Assembly: GCA_029782365.1 (NCBI GenBank)
Contig: JAKOUW010000096.1
Location: forward strand, 298,467-362,466
Length of the DNA: 64,000 bases
Source: Chloroflexota bacterium
GTDB lineage: Bacteria; Chloroflexota; Anaerolineae; Anaerolineales; UBA4823
Reading direction: 5' to 3'
Made by a program: the position numbers and the translations under genes. Below are positions 1-9,937 of this stretch, in pieces. Under the pieces are notes generated by a model. That model worked only from the letters and a program-made list of their open reading frames with translations. It searched no databases and had not been told where the DNA came from. Each line of letters begins with the position of its first letter. The first letter of the stretch is position 1.

Positions 1-43
1 ATTCTTCATTAGCAATCTGAGTGGGCACTTAAGCCTGTACGCA

Positions 44-1843
44 ATGAATCATGGGGGAAGTGTTCCCGAACCTTTACTGCCGCCGCACATTGCCTTACAA
101 AACCCACACCTTACTGGTCGGGCGTTCAAAGTTTTTCCGAAGTTGGGCAAAATTCTAGTCATGCTCGATCATGACGGTGATGAAAACTACCAACCGATGC
201 TGATTCCCCTGGATGGCGGTTTCCCGGAGCCGGCGTTCAACAATTTCTTTGCGCCTTACCGCGCCAGTTTAGGTGAATGCAACACCGCCACCAACCAGCT
301 CCTGATCAGTTGCGATTCGCGCACCGAATCGAAACGCTTTGCTTTTATCGGTGATCTTGAAACAAATACGCTGACCCAGATAGCCGAATCTCCTTGGGGC
401 GCTTTCCCCGATGGAGCCACCGAAGATTTTTCCAGGGTCATTATCGCTGACAGTTATACCTTGGGTGATAATGTCTTGTTTTATTGGTCGAAAGAAAACC
501 CGAGATTAAACCTCTTGTACGGTAAACCGATTGAACAGCGCAAACCTGGAGAAGAAGTGCCGCTCACCTCCATAGGCAACAGCCATTTTGTCGACCACGA
601 ACGCAGTTTGCTGGTCTTTAATTCAATCTTTGATGACGCCTATTCTTTGGGAGTGTTTGATTTAGCCAATCCTGCGAGCATCGAGCCAGTGACTATCTCT
701 CGCCTGCTGCACACCGGTAAAGGCGAATTCAATGGCATTGGTCACCTCAAGGACAACCGTTATCTTTTGTTTTATAACGTTGACGGCTGTTCGTGGGTGT
801 ACGAGGGTCATTACGAACACGCCTCCCGCACGTTCCATGTTTCGACCGCACTGGTTGGTCAGGGTGAGCTTTCCAATGGGGTGCTTGAATCGATCGATTA
901 CGATAAAGCAAGTGACCGATTTATTTTAGCCTTCTCGACAGCAATTTCTCCAACTCAAATCTACAGCCTCGAAGGACCCCAAAACAAAACCCTCATTCGC
1001 CATACCAATGAGCGCCTGCTCGGGATTCCTGCCAATCTGCTGTCTCCTGGCGAAGACGCTTCCTATATTTCGCATGATGGCTTGCGCATATCTGCCCGCT
1101 TGTATCTTCCAGCCGAAAAACTGGGCTTTAAAGGTCAGCGCCCATTGGTTTATTATATCCACGGCGGACCCCAGTCCCAGGAACGGCCCGATTTTGCCTG
1201 GTTTTCCATGCCCATTATTCAATTCCTGACATTGAATGGATTTGCTGTTTTTGTTCCGAATGTGCGTGGCAGTTCGGGTTATGGCTTTTCTTACATGAAG
1301 CATGTAGATAAAGATTGGGGAGGCCAGGATAGGCTGGACCATGTTTACGCAATGACCGAAATTCTCCCGGCAGATGCCCGCTTGGACGTCTCCCGAGCCG
1401 CAGTTGTTGGCCGTTCGTATGGCGGCTATATGACCCTCACTTTGGCTGGCCGCCATCCAGAATTGTGGAAAGCCGCCTGTGACATGTTCGGCCCATATGA
1501 TCTGCTGACATTTATGGAGCGCATTCCCGAAACCTGGAAACCTTACTTCACCCTGGCTTTGGGAGATCCCTCAAAGCCTGAAGAACACCAATTCCTGGTT
1601 GAACGTTCACCCAAGACGTATCTCCACCAGTTAGCCTGCCCGATGCTCGTGATTCAAGGCGCCAATGACCCACGTGTTATCGAACGCGAATCGCATGATC
1701 TTGTCGATCAACTCAATGCCAAGGGAAAGGAAATTGAATACCTGATGTTTGACAATGAGGGCCATGATGTATTGAAGTATGAAAACCGCGTGCGCTGCTA
1801 CAACGCCATCACCGACTTTTTTACGGAAAAACTGAAACCTTAA
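44..1843 (+). CDS. S9 family serine peptidase (prolyl oligopeptidase / acylaminoacyl-peptidase-like). The reading frame is open upstream to position 2, so the true start may lie before the window.
   Basis: C-terminal alpha/beta-hydrolase catalytic domain with GRSYGGY nucleophile motif and HGGPQ oxyanion region. N-terminal beta-propeller-like region. No in-frame stop between position 2 and the first ATG at 44. Confidence 0.8.
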   Translation: MNHGGSVPEPLLPPHIALQNPHLTGRAFKVFPKLGKILVMLDHDGDENYQPMLIPLDGGFPEPAFNNFFAPYRASLGECNTATNQLLISCDSRTESKRFAFIGDLETNTLTQIAESPWGAFPDGATEDFSRVIIADSYTLGDNVLFYWSKENPRLNLLYGKPIEQRKPGEEVPLTSIGNSHFVDHERSLLVFNSIFDDAYSLGVFDLANPASIEPVTISRLLHTGKGEFNGIGHLKDNRYLLFYNVDGCSWVYEGHYEHASRTFHVSTALVGQGELSNGVLESIDYDKASDRFILAFSTAISPTQIYSLEGPQNKTLIRHTNERLLGIPANLLSPGEDASYISHDGLRISARLYLPAEKLGFKGQRPLVYYIHGGPQSQERPDFAWFSMPIIQFLTLNGFAVFVPNVRGSSGYGFSYMKHVDKDWGGQDRLDHVYAMTEILPADARLDVSRAAVVGRSYGGYMTLTLAGRHPELWKAACDMFGPYDLLTFMERIPETWKPYFTLALGDPSKPEEHQFLVERSPKTYLHQLACPMLVIQGANDPRVIERESHDLVDQLNAKGKEIEYLMFDNEGHDVLKYENRVRCYNAITDFFTEKLKP

Positions 1844-2730
1844 TGACTGAAATCCCAACTCTCGCTCAAGCCGGAGACATTATTCTCCTGGTGAGCTCCC
1901 AAAAGAAACGCTATATTGTTCGCCTTGATCCTCTGGCGACGATTCAAACCCATCGCGGTGTTCTACCGCACACCGATTTGATCGGCAAGCCCTATGGCAC
2001 GCGCGCCTTCAGCCATCTCGGCTCGCCATTTTTACTTCTGCAGCCCTCCATTGCCGATTTGATTACTGAGCTGAAACGCAATACACAAATTATGTACCCG
2101 AAAGAAATCGGTTATGTATTGATGAATCTTGACATCGGCCCTGGGCGCAGGGTTCTGGAAGCAGGCACAGGATCAGGCGGCCTCACAACCGCATTGGCTT
2201 ATATGGTCGGACCGCAAGGCGTAGTCTATTCGTATGATTATCGCGGGCAAATGCAAAACCTGGCGCGCAAGAACCTGGAACGGATTGGATTGGCTGACCG
2301 TGTTTTCTTCAAAGAACGTGAAATCAGCCAGGGTTTTGATGAAACCGGTTTGGATGCTGTTTTCTTGGATGTGCCTAATCCATATGATTATGTCGAGCAA
2401 GCGCGTTCTGCTTTGAAAAGCGGTGGTTTTTTTGGCTCCATACAACCTACGACGAACCAGGTGTCCAGGCTGATCATCGCCCTTCGACGCGCCAATTTTG
2501 GTTTCATCGATGTTTGCGAAATCCTACTGCGCTATTACAAACCAGTTGCCGAGCGTTTGCGCCCGGTTGATCGCATGGTAGCGCACACCGGTTACCTGAT
2601 CTTCGCCCGCTCCTTGATCGACATCATTGAAGAAGATGGCATTCCACCAACTGAATATGCCCTGGCTGGTCAAGTCTTTGAAACCGATGATATTTCCTCA
2701 GCCAGCCAGCGTGAAGATCCAGAAGATTAG
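1843..2730 (+). CDS. trmI: tRNA (adenine-N1)-methyltransferase TrmI/Gcd14 family
   Basis: SAM-binding motif LEAGTGSGGLT. Overall Gcd14/TrmI-like architecture. Start ATG overlaps the upstream stop (TAATGA). Confidence 0.8.
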   Translation: MTEIPTLAQAGDIILLVSSQKKRYIVRLDPLATIQTHRGVLPHTDLIGKPYGTRAFSHLGSPFLLLQPSIADLITELKRNTQIMYPKEIGYVLMNLDIGPGRRVLEAGTGSGGLTTALAYMVGPQGVVYSYDYRGQMQNLARKNLERIGLADRVFFKEREISQGFDETGLDAVFLDVPNPYDYVEQARSALKSGGFFGSIQPTTNQVSRLIIALRRANFGFIDVCEILLRYYKPVAERLRPVDRMVAHTGYLIFARSLIDIIEEDGIPPTEYALAGQVFETDDISSASQREDPED

Positions 2731-2738
2731 CCTGGCGG

Positions 2739-3374
2739 TTGAATATGATAATCCAGAACCTGTCTCCTCAAGAAATCTCGGCTCGACTGGCAGATCCAAC
2801 GCCTATTGATTTAGCGAACCAATTTGAAATGACTGCATTTCCAACAGCTGCTCGTCCAGCCGCCGTATTGATTGCCTTCCAACCAATGGAGAACCACTCA
2901 AGTCAATATCAGATTATTTACACCCGGCGGACAGATCAGGTTGCCGACCACAAAAAACAGGTGGCTTTTCCTGGAGGCCGGGCAGAGGATGGCGACAAGT
3001 CAATTGTGGAAACGGCATTGCGTGAATCCAAAGAAGAGATTGGCATAACTCGAGAAGATGTCACCATTTTAGGCACCCTTGACCCAATTCGCACGATCAG
3101 CAATTATCTGGTGACCCCTGTCGTCGGCTTGATTCCAATGCACTACCAATTCACGCCTGAGCCAAGCGAGGTTGACCGGGTATTTACCATCCCCATTTCC
3201 TGGTTATCAGATCCAAACAACTTCGAAATCCGACAGCGCGAAGTAGGATTCCCCCCCTTTTCCATTCCCCAAAAACTGCGGGTAATCTATTTCAATTCAT
3301 ATGATGGCGAAACGCTTTGGGGGGTAAGCGCAGAAATTACTCTTAGACTGCTGTACAAATTGAAATTACTCTAA
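2739..3374 (+). CDS. NUDIX hydrolase (CoA pyrophosphatase-like)
   Basis: Nudix box GGRAEDGDKSIVETALRESKEEIG (GX5EX7REUXEEXGU). Confidence 0.8.
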   Translation: MNMIIQNLSPQEISARLADPTPIDLANQFEMTAFPTAARPAAVLIAFQPMENHSSQYQIIYTRRTDQVADHKKQVAFPGGRAEDGDKSIVETALRESKEEIGITREDVTILGTLDPIRTISNYLVTPVVGLIPMHYQFTPEPSEVDRVFTIPISWLSDPNNFEIRQREVGFPPFSIPQKLRVIYFNSYDGETLWGVSAEITLRLLYKLKLL

Positions 3375-3410
3375 AACCCCTCCCGGCTAAACACAGGAGG
3401 GGTTTTCATA
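3374..3410. terminator. Bidirectional rho-independent terminator between convergent NUDIX and L25 genes
   Basis: Inverted repeat AAAACCCCTCC...GGAGGGGTTTT with T-run, seen directly in sequence. Confidence 0.7.
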
Positions 3411-3446
3411 TATCTCTTCTTCGAAAAACAGGATTCGGAACCAGCA

Positions 3447-4085
3447 CTATTTGGCTGGCACTTCCTCTTTCTTCTTCTTTTCAATAACCTCGGGTTCCGC
3501 TGAAGCTGCTTCGGTAACTTCTTTCTCCTCGGCCTCTGGAGCAGTGATCACTACAATGATTTCGTTCGGGTCATCTAAGATACGCACATCGCCAGGGAGA
3601 ACGAGGTCCTTAACATGGAAAGCGGCACCGATTGTCGCCAATCCAGAAATATCGACAACGATCTTTTCTGGCAGGTCATTAGGCAGCGCCTCGACTTCAA
3701 GTTCATCCAGGTTATCGAAGACGATGCCAGAATAATTCTTCACCGCCGGTGAAACACCGATAAACTCAATCGGCACATTGGCGCGCAGCTTTTCTGTGGC
3801 AGACACCACCAGGAAATCAATGTGCAGCAGCTTACCGGTTAAGTAATTGCGCTGCTTCTCGCGGATCAATGCCAGGTGGCTTTCTCCGCCCAATTCTATG
3901 GTTACCAGGGCTGATTGGGTCAGGTGATCCAAAACCATATTCGCGTTGTGAGCATCCACCCATGCAGTGGTTGGAGCCAGATGGCGACCATACAATACAA
4001 TGGGCAATTTACCTTCTCGGCGTTGGGCTTTCACCTGTTTTCCGATCAAATCGCGGCTTTCCGCTTTTACAACAACTCTTTCCAC
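3447..4085 (-). CDS. rplY: 50S ribosomal protein L25 / general stress protein Ctc
   Basis: L25/Ctc N-terminal domain (KAESRDLIGKQVKAQRREGKLPIVLYG) plus acidic C-terminal tail. GTG start at 4085 preceded by GAGGAAGG RBS. The longer ORF to 4175 has no RBS. Confidence 0.8.
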   Translation of the reverse strand: MERVVVKAESRDLIGKQVKAQRREGKLPIVLYGRHLAPTTAWVDAHNANMVLDHLTQSALVTIELGGESHLALIREKQRNYLTGKLLHIDFLVVSATEKLRANVPIEFIGVSPAVKNYSGIVFDNLDELEVEALPNDLPEKIVVDISGLATIGAAFHVKDLVLPGDVRILDDPNEIIVVITAPEAEEKEVTEAASAEPEVIEKKKKEEVPAK

Positions 4086-4204
4086 AAATACCTTCCTCGA
4101 GCGCCTCTCACAGAAAGACCACCTCTCCATTACCTTCGCTCTGATTGAAATTTCGGGAATTTTCCCGACGCACAATTTTAGTCGGGCGGCGCCTGAATGT
4201 CAAG

Positions 4205-5314
4205 CTAATCTCCAAAACAAATCCCTAAGTCACGCGCTGTTAGCATTGTATCGCAGTCTAGTGGGACAAGTTTCATCCTTCGTGTTGCCTCTTCCAGGGG
4301 TACATAGTTCACAACCGGAGGATCCAGTGCCACCATAACACTGCGCCTCCCTTCGTCAAGAGCCCGCACCGCGGCTGCCCCAAAGCGCAGTGCAATCAGG
4401 CGGTCAAACCGTGAAGGCGCTCCCCCTCTTAATAAATGACCCAATACCACCACTCTGGTCTCTTTTCCAGTAAGCTCTTGTAAATCAGCCGCCACTTTTT
4501 CGCCGGCTCCGCCTAAACGTTCTGCCCGGCCCACCTCCCGGCTGACTACCGATAGATCCCCACCAGCTGGTTTTGCACCTTCTGCGACGATGACAATAGA
4601 AAATTTATGGCCTTGGCTTTCTCGTTCAAGAATCTTTTCTGCTACCTTATGAATATTGTAAGGTATTTCGGGGATTAAGATTACATCTGCTGAGCCAGCC
4701 ACACCGGCTTCCAATCCAATCCAGCCGGCATACCGCCCCATCACTTCAACCACAATCACGCGTTGGTGTGATGCCGCAGTGGTATGCAGGCGGTCCATGC
4801 ACTCAACGGCAAAACCCACCGCCGTGTCGAATCCAAATGTGATCACTGTCTTTTCAAGGTCGTTATCAATTGTCTTCGGTACGCCGACTACCCACAAACC
4901 TTTTTCTGCCAGCGCATTGGCAATTGTCATGGAACCATCGCCTCCCACCGAAATAAGGGCGTCGATACCGTGCAGTTGGAACGAACGCACCAGCTCATCC
5001 AACCGGTTGACTTCGGTAATAGTGCCATCAAAATTCTTGACAGGATATTTCATCGGGTTGCCGCGGTTGGTTGTTCCAATAATCGTCCCACCCAGGTGGG
5101 TGATGCCTCGCACACGTTCACGTGTGAGGCGAATTAACCCGCCTTCCACATATTCCTCCCTCATTAACAAACCATTATAGCCATCTCGGATACCATATAC
5201 TTCCCAATCGCGTTTAATCGCCGCCAGAGTAGCTGCTCGGATAACTGCATTCAATCCTGGAGCGTCCCCACCGCCTGTGGCGATCGCTATTTTTTTGATC
5301 TTCTGTGTGGCCAT
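4205..5314 (-). CDS. pfkA: 6-phosphofructokinase (ATP/PPi-dependent PFK family)
   Basis: N-terminal IAIATGGGDAPGLNAVIRA and GGDGS motifs. ATG at 5314 preceded by GGAGG RBS. Confidence 0.85.
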   Translation of the reverse strand: MATQKIKKIAIATGGGDAPGLNAVIRAATLAAIKRDWEVYGIRDGYNGLLMREEYVEGGLIRLTRERVRGITHLGGTIIGTTNRGNPMKYPVKNFDGTITEVNRLDELVRSFQLHGIDALISVGGDGSMTIANALAEKGLWVVGVPKTIDNDLEKTVITFGFDTAVGFAVECMDRLHTTAASHQRVIVVEVMGRYAGWIGLEAGVAGSADVILIPEIPYNIHKVAEKILERESQGHKFSIVIVAEGAKPAGGDLSVVSREVGRAERLGGAGEKVAADLQELTGKETRVVVLGHLLRGGAPSRFDRLIALRFGAAAVRALDEGRRSVMVALDPPVVNYVPLEEATRRMKLVPLDCDTMLTARDLGICFGD

Positions 5315-5394
5315 AGTACCTCCATTTACAATTAGTATAGCCCAATTTTCCCTTTGTATGCAGACGTTCAATTTTATCGGCTATAATTCCCGCC

Positions 5395-8193
5395 ATGGAA
5401 TCAATTGTTGCCCTGGACCTTGAGACAACCGGCCTCGACCCACTGAATGACGCAATTATCGAAGTTGGAGCAGTGCGATTTAACGACCGCCGGGTTGAAA
5501 ATGAATTTTCCACTTTGGTCAATCCTGGCCGACCAATACCGCCAGTCATCACTCAGCTTACCGGAATCAATGACCAGATGGTGCGCTCCAAACCTTCTCT
5601 CCCGCAGGTTTTGACCAATTTACGTACATTTATTGGCGACAGCCCAGTCTTAGGTCATAATGTTCGCTTTGACCTGGGTTTCCTGCAAAAGCATAGGTTG
5701 TTCCAAGAAAACGAAAGCATCGACACGTATGAGCTGGCATCGGTTTTGATGCCGACAGCCAACCGCTACGGTCTGGCGGCGTTGGCCGCTCAACTGGGCA
5801 TCCCTGTGCAAACTTCTCACCGCGCCTTGGAAGATGCCCAAACGAGCCGCTCAGTTTACCTCAAGTTGATTGAGTTAGCTCGCCAGCTTCCTTTGTCGGT
5901 GATCGCTGAAATCGTTCATTTTGCTGAAAAAGTAGAATGGAGCGGTTACAGCACTTTCCAAAACATATTGAGAGCGCGTTCCAAGGAGCAGTTGTCTGCC
6001 AGGCAGGCCAAATCTGGCCCGTTAGGCCCGTTGTTTGAAAATTACGAGACCCGCAACCAGGCCGCGCTTTCGCCGAATTCCGAGCTGTATGCGCTTGATC
6101 CAGAAGAAGTCGCCTCCATTCTAGAGTACGGCGGCAGTTTCTCCCAGGCTTTCCCAAACTATGAATTCCGGCCTCAACAGGTCGAGATGCTGCGCGCCGT
6201 GACTGAAGCGTTGAACGAAGGACATCATTTGCTCGTAGAAGCTGGCACTGGTACGGGCAAATCGCTTGCCTATCTTATCCCAGCCGCTCTGTGGGCTGCG
6301 CAAAACAAGACGCGGGTTGTTGTATCCACGAACACAATTAATCTTCAGGAACAGCTCATTAAAAAAGACATTCCAGATTTACGCAAAGCGCTTGGTCTGG
6401 ATTTGCAGGCAGTTGTGGTTAAAGGCCGCTCGAATTATCTTTGTCCCCGCCGACTGGATAATATGCGCCGTCGGGGTCCCGAATCAGCAGATGAACTGCG
6501 CGTTTATGCAAAAATCCTTGTCTGGTTGCAGAATTCCCAAACCGGTGACCGCTCGGAAATCAACCTTAACAGCCCCACCGAGCGGGATATCTGGCTTCGT
6601 TTTTCCGCCGAAGACGATAATTGCTCTGGTGAAACCTGTCTTAAGCGTACCGGCGGAGCCTGTCCCTTTTATCGAATCAAGCAGGCGGCCCAGGCGGCTC
6701 ATATTTTGATTGTCAATCACGCTCTCCTGCTGGCGGATGTAGCTACTGGAAGCCGAGTGTTACCCGAGTACCAGTATCTGATCGTCGATGAAGCACATCA
6801 CATGGAAGATGCGATTACCAATGCCTTGGGATTCTCCACCAACCAGCAATCCACCGAGCACTTACTGCGCGAATTGGGCGGCGTCAAAGGCGGGGCCTTG
6901 GGTCGGTTGCTCACAAACTTACAGGGCGTGATTGTGCCTTCCGATTACGCTTCTGCTGAAGCGCTAGTCAATCAAGCCACTGACCAGGCGTTTCACTTTC
7001 AGGATGTAGCCAGATCGTTTTTCAGCGCGCTTGAAAGGTTCATGATTGAACAGCGTGAAGGAAAGAACCTGGGTGGTTACGCCCAGCAAGAAAGAATCCT
7101 GCCAGCTACGCGCACCCTGCCATCTTGGATGGATGTCGAAGTTGCATGGGATGATGCGGAGAAACCGCTCAAAGCCTTGATTGAATCCTTGACGCGCCTG
7201 GACTCCGCCATGGCAGATGTGCGCGACATGTTGGAAGAAGAAGGATTGGAAGCCGCATCAATCCTGGTAACCATCTTGCGCCGTTTTTCCGAACTTCAGC
7301 AGTCAGTCAACGGCATGGTGTTTCAACCCAATCCCGACACAATTTACTGGGTAGAGATGAGCGGCGTCACGCGCCGGATCGCTCTCAACACTGCGCCGCT
7401 GCATGTGGGCCCTCTCATGCGGCAGTATTTATGGAATGAGAAATCCTGCGTTATCATGACTTCAGCAACAATGACCGCCGCCGGCCAATTTGATTATTTG
7501 CGCGGCCGTTTATCGGCTGAAGAAGCCTACGAAATGGCTTTAGGCTCTCCTTACGATTACGAAAGCTCGGCAATGATCTTCCTTGCGAATGATATCCCCG
7601 AACCTTCTGATCGTCTTGGACATCAACGCTCTATTGAACAGGCGGTTTTGCAGCTTGCGCGCGCCACTGGCGGCCGCATGCTTGTCCTCTTCACCTCATA
7701 CGACCAATTAAAGAGAACCTCGCAAGCTATTAACTCTCAACTAGCCCGTTTTGATGTGCGTGTCTACGAACAGGGTGATGGCGCTTCACCGCACAGCCTG
7801 CTGGAAAGCTTCCGGGCAGACAGCCGCTCTGTGCTCTTGGGCACCCGTTCATTCTGGGAAGGTGTGGATTTACCTGGCGAAACCTTGCAAGTTTTGGTAA
7901 TAACCAAGCTGCCTTTTGATGTGCCCTCCGACCCGATTATCGCCTCACGCTCAGAGACATTCGAGGATCCCTTCAATGAATATTCACTTCCCGAAGCGAT
8001 TTTAAGATTCCGCCAGGGATTTGGCCGCCTGATCCGCTCGCAGTCCGATCGGGGCATTGTCGTGATACTGGATCGCCGCATTATGACGAAGAGGTACGGT
8101 CGTCTGTTCCTGACGTCTCTTCCTACCTGCACGATGAAAGTTGGTCCGATTGCAGAACTGCCCCAGGCCGCCCGGCACTGGTTGAACATCTGA
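5395..8193 (+). CDS. dinG: Bifunctional DinG-family ATP-dependent DNA helicase with N-terminal DnaQ-like 3'-5' exonuclease domain
   Basis: N-terminal exonuclease motif ALDLETTGLDP. Helicase Walker A VEAGTGTGKSLAYLIPA. DEAHH box. C-terminal helicase domain. Confidence 0.85.
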   Translation: MESIVALDLETTGLDPLNDAIIEVGAVRFNDRRVENEFSTLVNPGRPIPPVITQLTGINDQMVRSKPSLPQVLTNLRTFIGDSPVLGHNVRFDLGFLQKHRLFQENESIDTYELASVLMPTANRYGLAALAAQLGIPVQTSHRALEDAQTSRSVYLKLIELARQLPLSVIAEIVHFAEKVEWSGYSTFQNILRARSKEQLSARQAKSGPLGPLFENYETRNQAALSPNSELYALDPEEVASILEYGGSFSQAFPNYEFRPQQVEMLRAVTEALNEGHHLLVEAGTGTGKSLAYLIPAALWAAQNKTRVVVSTNTINLQEQLIKKDIPDLRKALGLDLQAVVVKGRSNYLCPRRLDNMRRRGPESADELRVYAKILVWLQNSQTGDRSEINLNSPTERDIWLRFSAEDDNCSGETCLKRTGGACPFYRIKQAAQAAHILIVNHALLLADVATGSRVLPEYQYLIVDEAHHMEDAITNALGFSTNQQSTEHLLRELGGVKGGALGRLLTNLQGVIVPSDYASAEALVNQATDQAFHFQDVARSFFSALERFMIEQREGKNLGGYAQQERILPATRTLPSWMDVEVAWDDAEKPLKALIESLTRLDSAMADVRDMLEEEGLEAASILVTILRRFSELQQSVNGMVFQPNPDTIYWVEMSGVTRRIALNTAPLHVGPLMRQYLWNEKSCVIMTSATMTAAGQFDYLRGRLSAEEAYEMALGSPYDYESSAMIFLANDIPEPSDRLGHQRSIEQAVLQLARATGGRMLVLFTSYDQLKRTSQAINSQLARFDVRVYEQGDGASPHSLLESFRADSRSVLLGTRSFWEGVDLPGETLQVLVITKLPFDVPSDPIIASRSETFEDPFNEYSLPEAILRFRQGFGRLIRSQSDRGIVVILDRRIMTKRYGRLFLTSLPTCTMKVGPIAELPQAARHWLNI

Positions 8194-8200
8194 GTCCTGG

Positions 8201-9364
8201 CTAAATTCTGGGCAACCGCACAAGAAATGTGCTGCCTTTTCCAAGCTGGCTGTCAACTTCGATTTTTCCTTTGTGCTGTTCGATCACCTGCCTGGCGATG
8301 GAAAGACCCAATCCCAGGCCGCGGAACATGTGCCCATTGACTTCTTCTAAGTGATAAAACCGGTCGAAAATGCGGTGCTTCACATCAGCAGGAATGCCAA
8401 CACCGTGATCAATCACCGCGATCCAGACCTGGGTGTCGTTCCGGCTGAGCTTTACATGCACTTCACCCCCATCCGGGCTGAACTTAATCGCATTATCAAC
8501 GATCGCGCCAATCGCCCGGGTCAGCGATTTTTCATCTCCATAAATTTTGGGCAAACCCGGAGGGATGCTTAGCCGCAGCCCAACTCCATTGCGTTCAGCC
8601 GCCTGGCGGAGACGTTCCACCACTCCTGCCGCCACCGCGCCGATATCCACCGGTAGGAAATCTGGCAGAATGATATCCATTTCCTGCAGAAGAAGGATGT
8701 CATTCACTAGCCCAATAATATCTTGAATATTTTTGCTGACCGTGTCTAAAGCAGAGAACAATGATTCTCCCTGCAATTTCTGAGCCCGGATTACTTGCAA
8801 AAAGCCATTGGCAATAGTTAACGGCGTGCGCAGTTCGTGGGCGATGGTTGTCAAAAATTCAGAGCGAGCGTATTCAATTTCCGCCAACTGCTGGTAGGCT
8901 TGCGCCAGCTCACCAGCCTTCATGCGCAAGTCTTCGATTGCCAGGTCGTTATTTTCTCTCAACCGCCGGCTGACTTCACGCACCATCGCCATCGATACGC
9001 TGCTGTTGCGTTTCACAAGATCATCAAACGCGTCTTTTGCCACTTCCAAGACCGAAACAGGTGATGTCGTAACAACTGTCGCAGCGCGTGGTGCATGTTG
9101 GATTAAGGCCATTTCTCCAAAAAAGCCTCCAGGTGATAAGAAACACAAAAAGCGGTCTTCCATATCGTTTATCATTTTCGAGACTTTTACTTGCCCTTCC
9201 AGAAGCACATAAAAGACATTTTCAATTTGACCCTCGTGACAGAGGGTTATACCATCAGAATATGCTTTTACAACACCGAGTGAAACCATTTCGCTGGCTT
9301 CATCCAGTGACATTTCTGGAAATGCTAATTGGATCGCTTTCGTTGGGTCAACTTTCTCCGACAT
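8201..9364 (-). CDS. Sensor histidine kinase with N-terminal cyclic-nucleotide-binding (cNMP/CAP-like) domain
   Basis: cNMP-binding fold (GGFFGEMALI...RAAT). HisKA H-box HELRTPL. HATPase_c G-boxes (DHGVGIP, GLGLGLSI). Confidence 0.8.
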   Translation of the reverse strand: MSEKVDPTKAIQLAFPEMSLDEASEMVSLGVVKAYSDGITLCHEGQIENVFYVLLEGQVKVSKMINDMEDRFLCFLSPGGFFGEMALIQHAPRAATVVTTSPVSVLEVAKDAFDDLVKRNSSVSMAMVREVSRRLRENNDLAIEDLRMKAGELAQAYQQLAEIEYARSEFLTTIAHELRTPLTIANGFLQVIRAQKLQGESLFSALDTVSKNIQDIIGLVNDILLLQEMDIILPDFLPVDIGAVAAGVVERLRQAAERNGVGLRLSIPPGLPKIYGDEKSLTRAIGAIVDNAIKFSPDGGEVHVKLSRNDTQVWIAVIDHGVGIPADVKHRIFDRFYHLEEVNGHMFRGLGLGLSIARQVIEQHKGKIEVDSQLGKGSTFLVRLPRI

Positions 9365-9376
9365 ACATGCTCCTGC

Positions 9377-9937
9377 TCAGGCTTTGCGATAAAACAATAC
9401 CAACGTACTGCCGTATTTCCTTTGGTCAAACTCTTCTAATGCTCGCAGTTCAACCGGTTCAACTTCGATCGGGTTGATCTGCACAATCACCCACCCATCG
9501 TCTGCCAGCCAGCCGGGATGCAAATCCACTCCCATCAGTGCTTTTTTCCACAATCCCTGGTATTGAGGCGGTGCGATGTAAATATATTCAAACGACTTGC
9601 TGGGCTGACCTTCTAATAAGCGAAAAGCGTCGGAACAACGCACTTCACCCCCTTCTAATTTCGTTTCCTGGAGGTTGTATTTTATCGTTTGCACTGGCAG
9701 GCGGTTTAAATCATTAAATAAGACATAACTTGCTCCTCTGCTCAACGCCTCAATCCCAATCGCACCAGTGCCGGCGAACAGATCTAACAAAGATGCACCC
9801 TGGATATCCCCTCCCAGGATATTAAAAACCGCCTCTTTCACCATGTCTGTCACCGGTCGTGTTGTATCTCCGGGCACTGAGCGCAGTTTTTTTCCCTTTG
9901 CCTTTCCGCCGATTACCCGCAAACCGCCTGCGGTCAC
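9377..9937 (-). CDS. rsmD: 16S rRNA (guanine966-N2)-methyltransferase RsmD
   Basis: LDLFAGTGAIGIEALSRGA SAM-binding motif. Small class I MTase of RsmD size. Confidence 0.8.
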   Translation of the reverse strand: MTAGGLRVIGGKAKGKKLRSVPGDTTRPVTDMVKEAVFNILGGDIQGASLLDLFAGTGAIGIEALSRGASYVLFNDLNRLPVQTIKYNLQETKLEGGEVRCSDAFRLLEGQPSKSFEYIYIAPPQYQGLWKKALMGVDLHPGWLADDGWVIVQINPIEVEPVELRALEEFDQRKYGSTLVLFYRKA

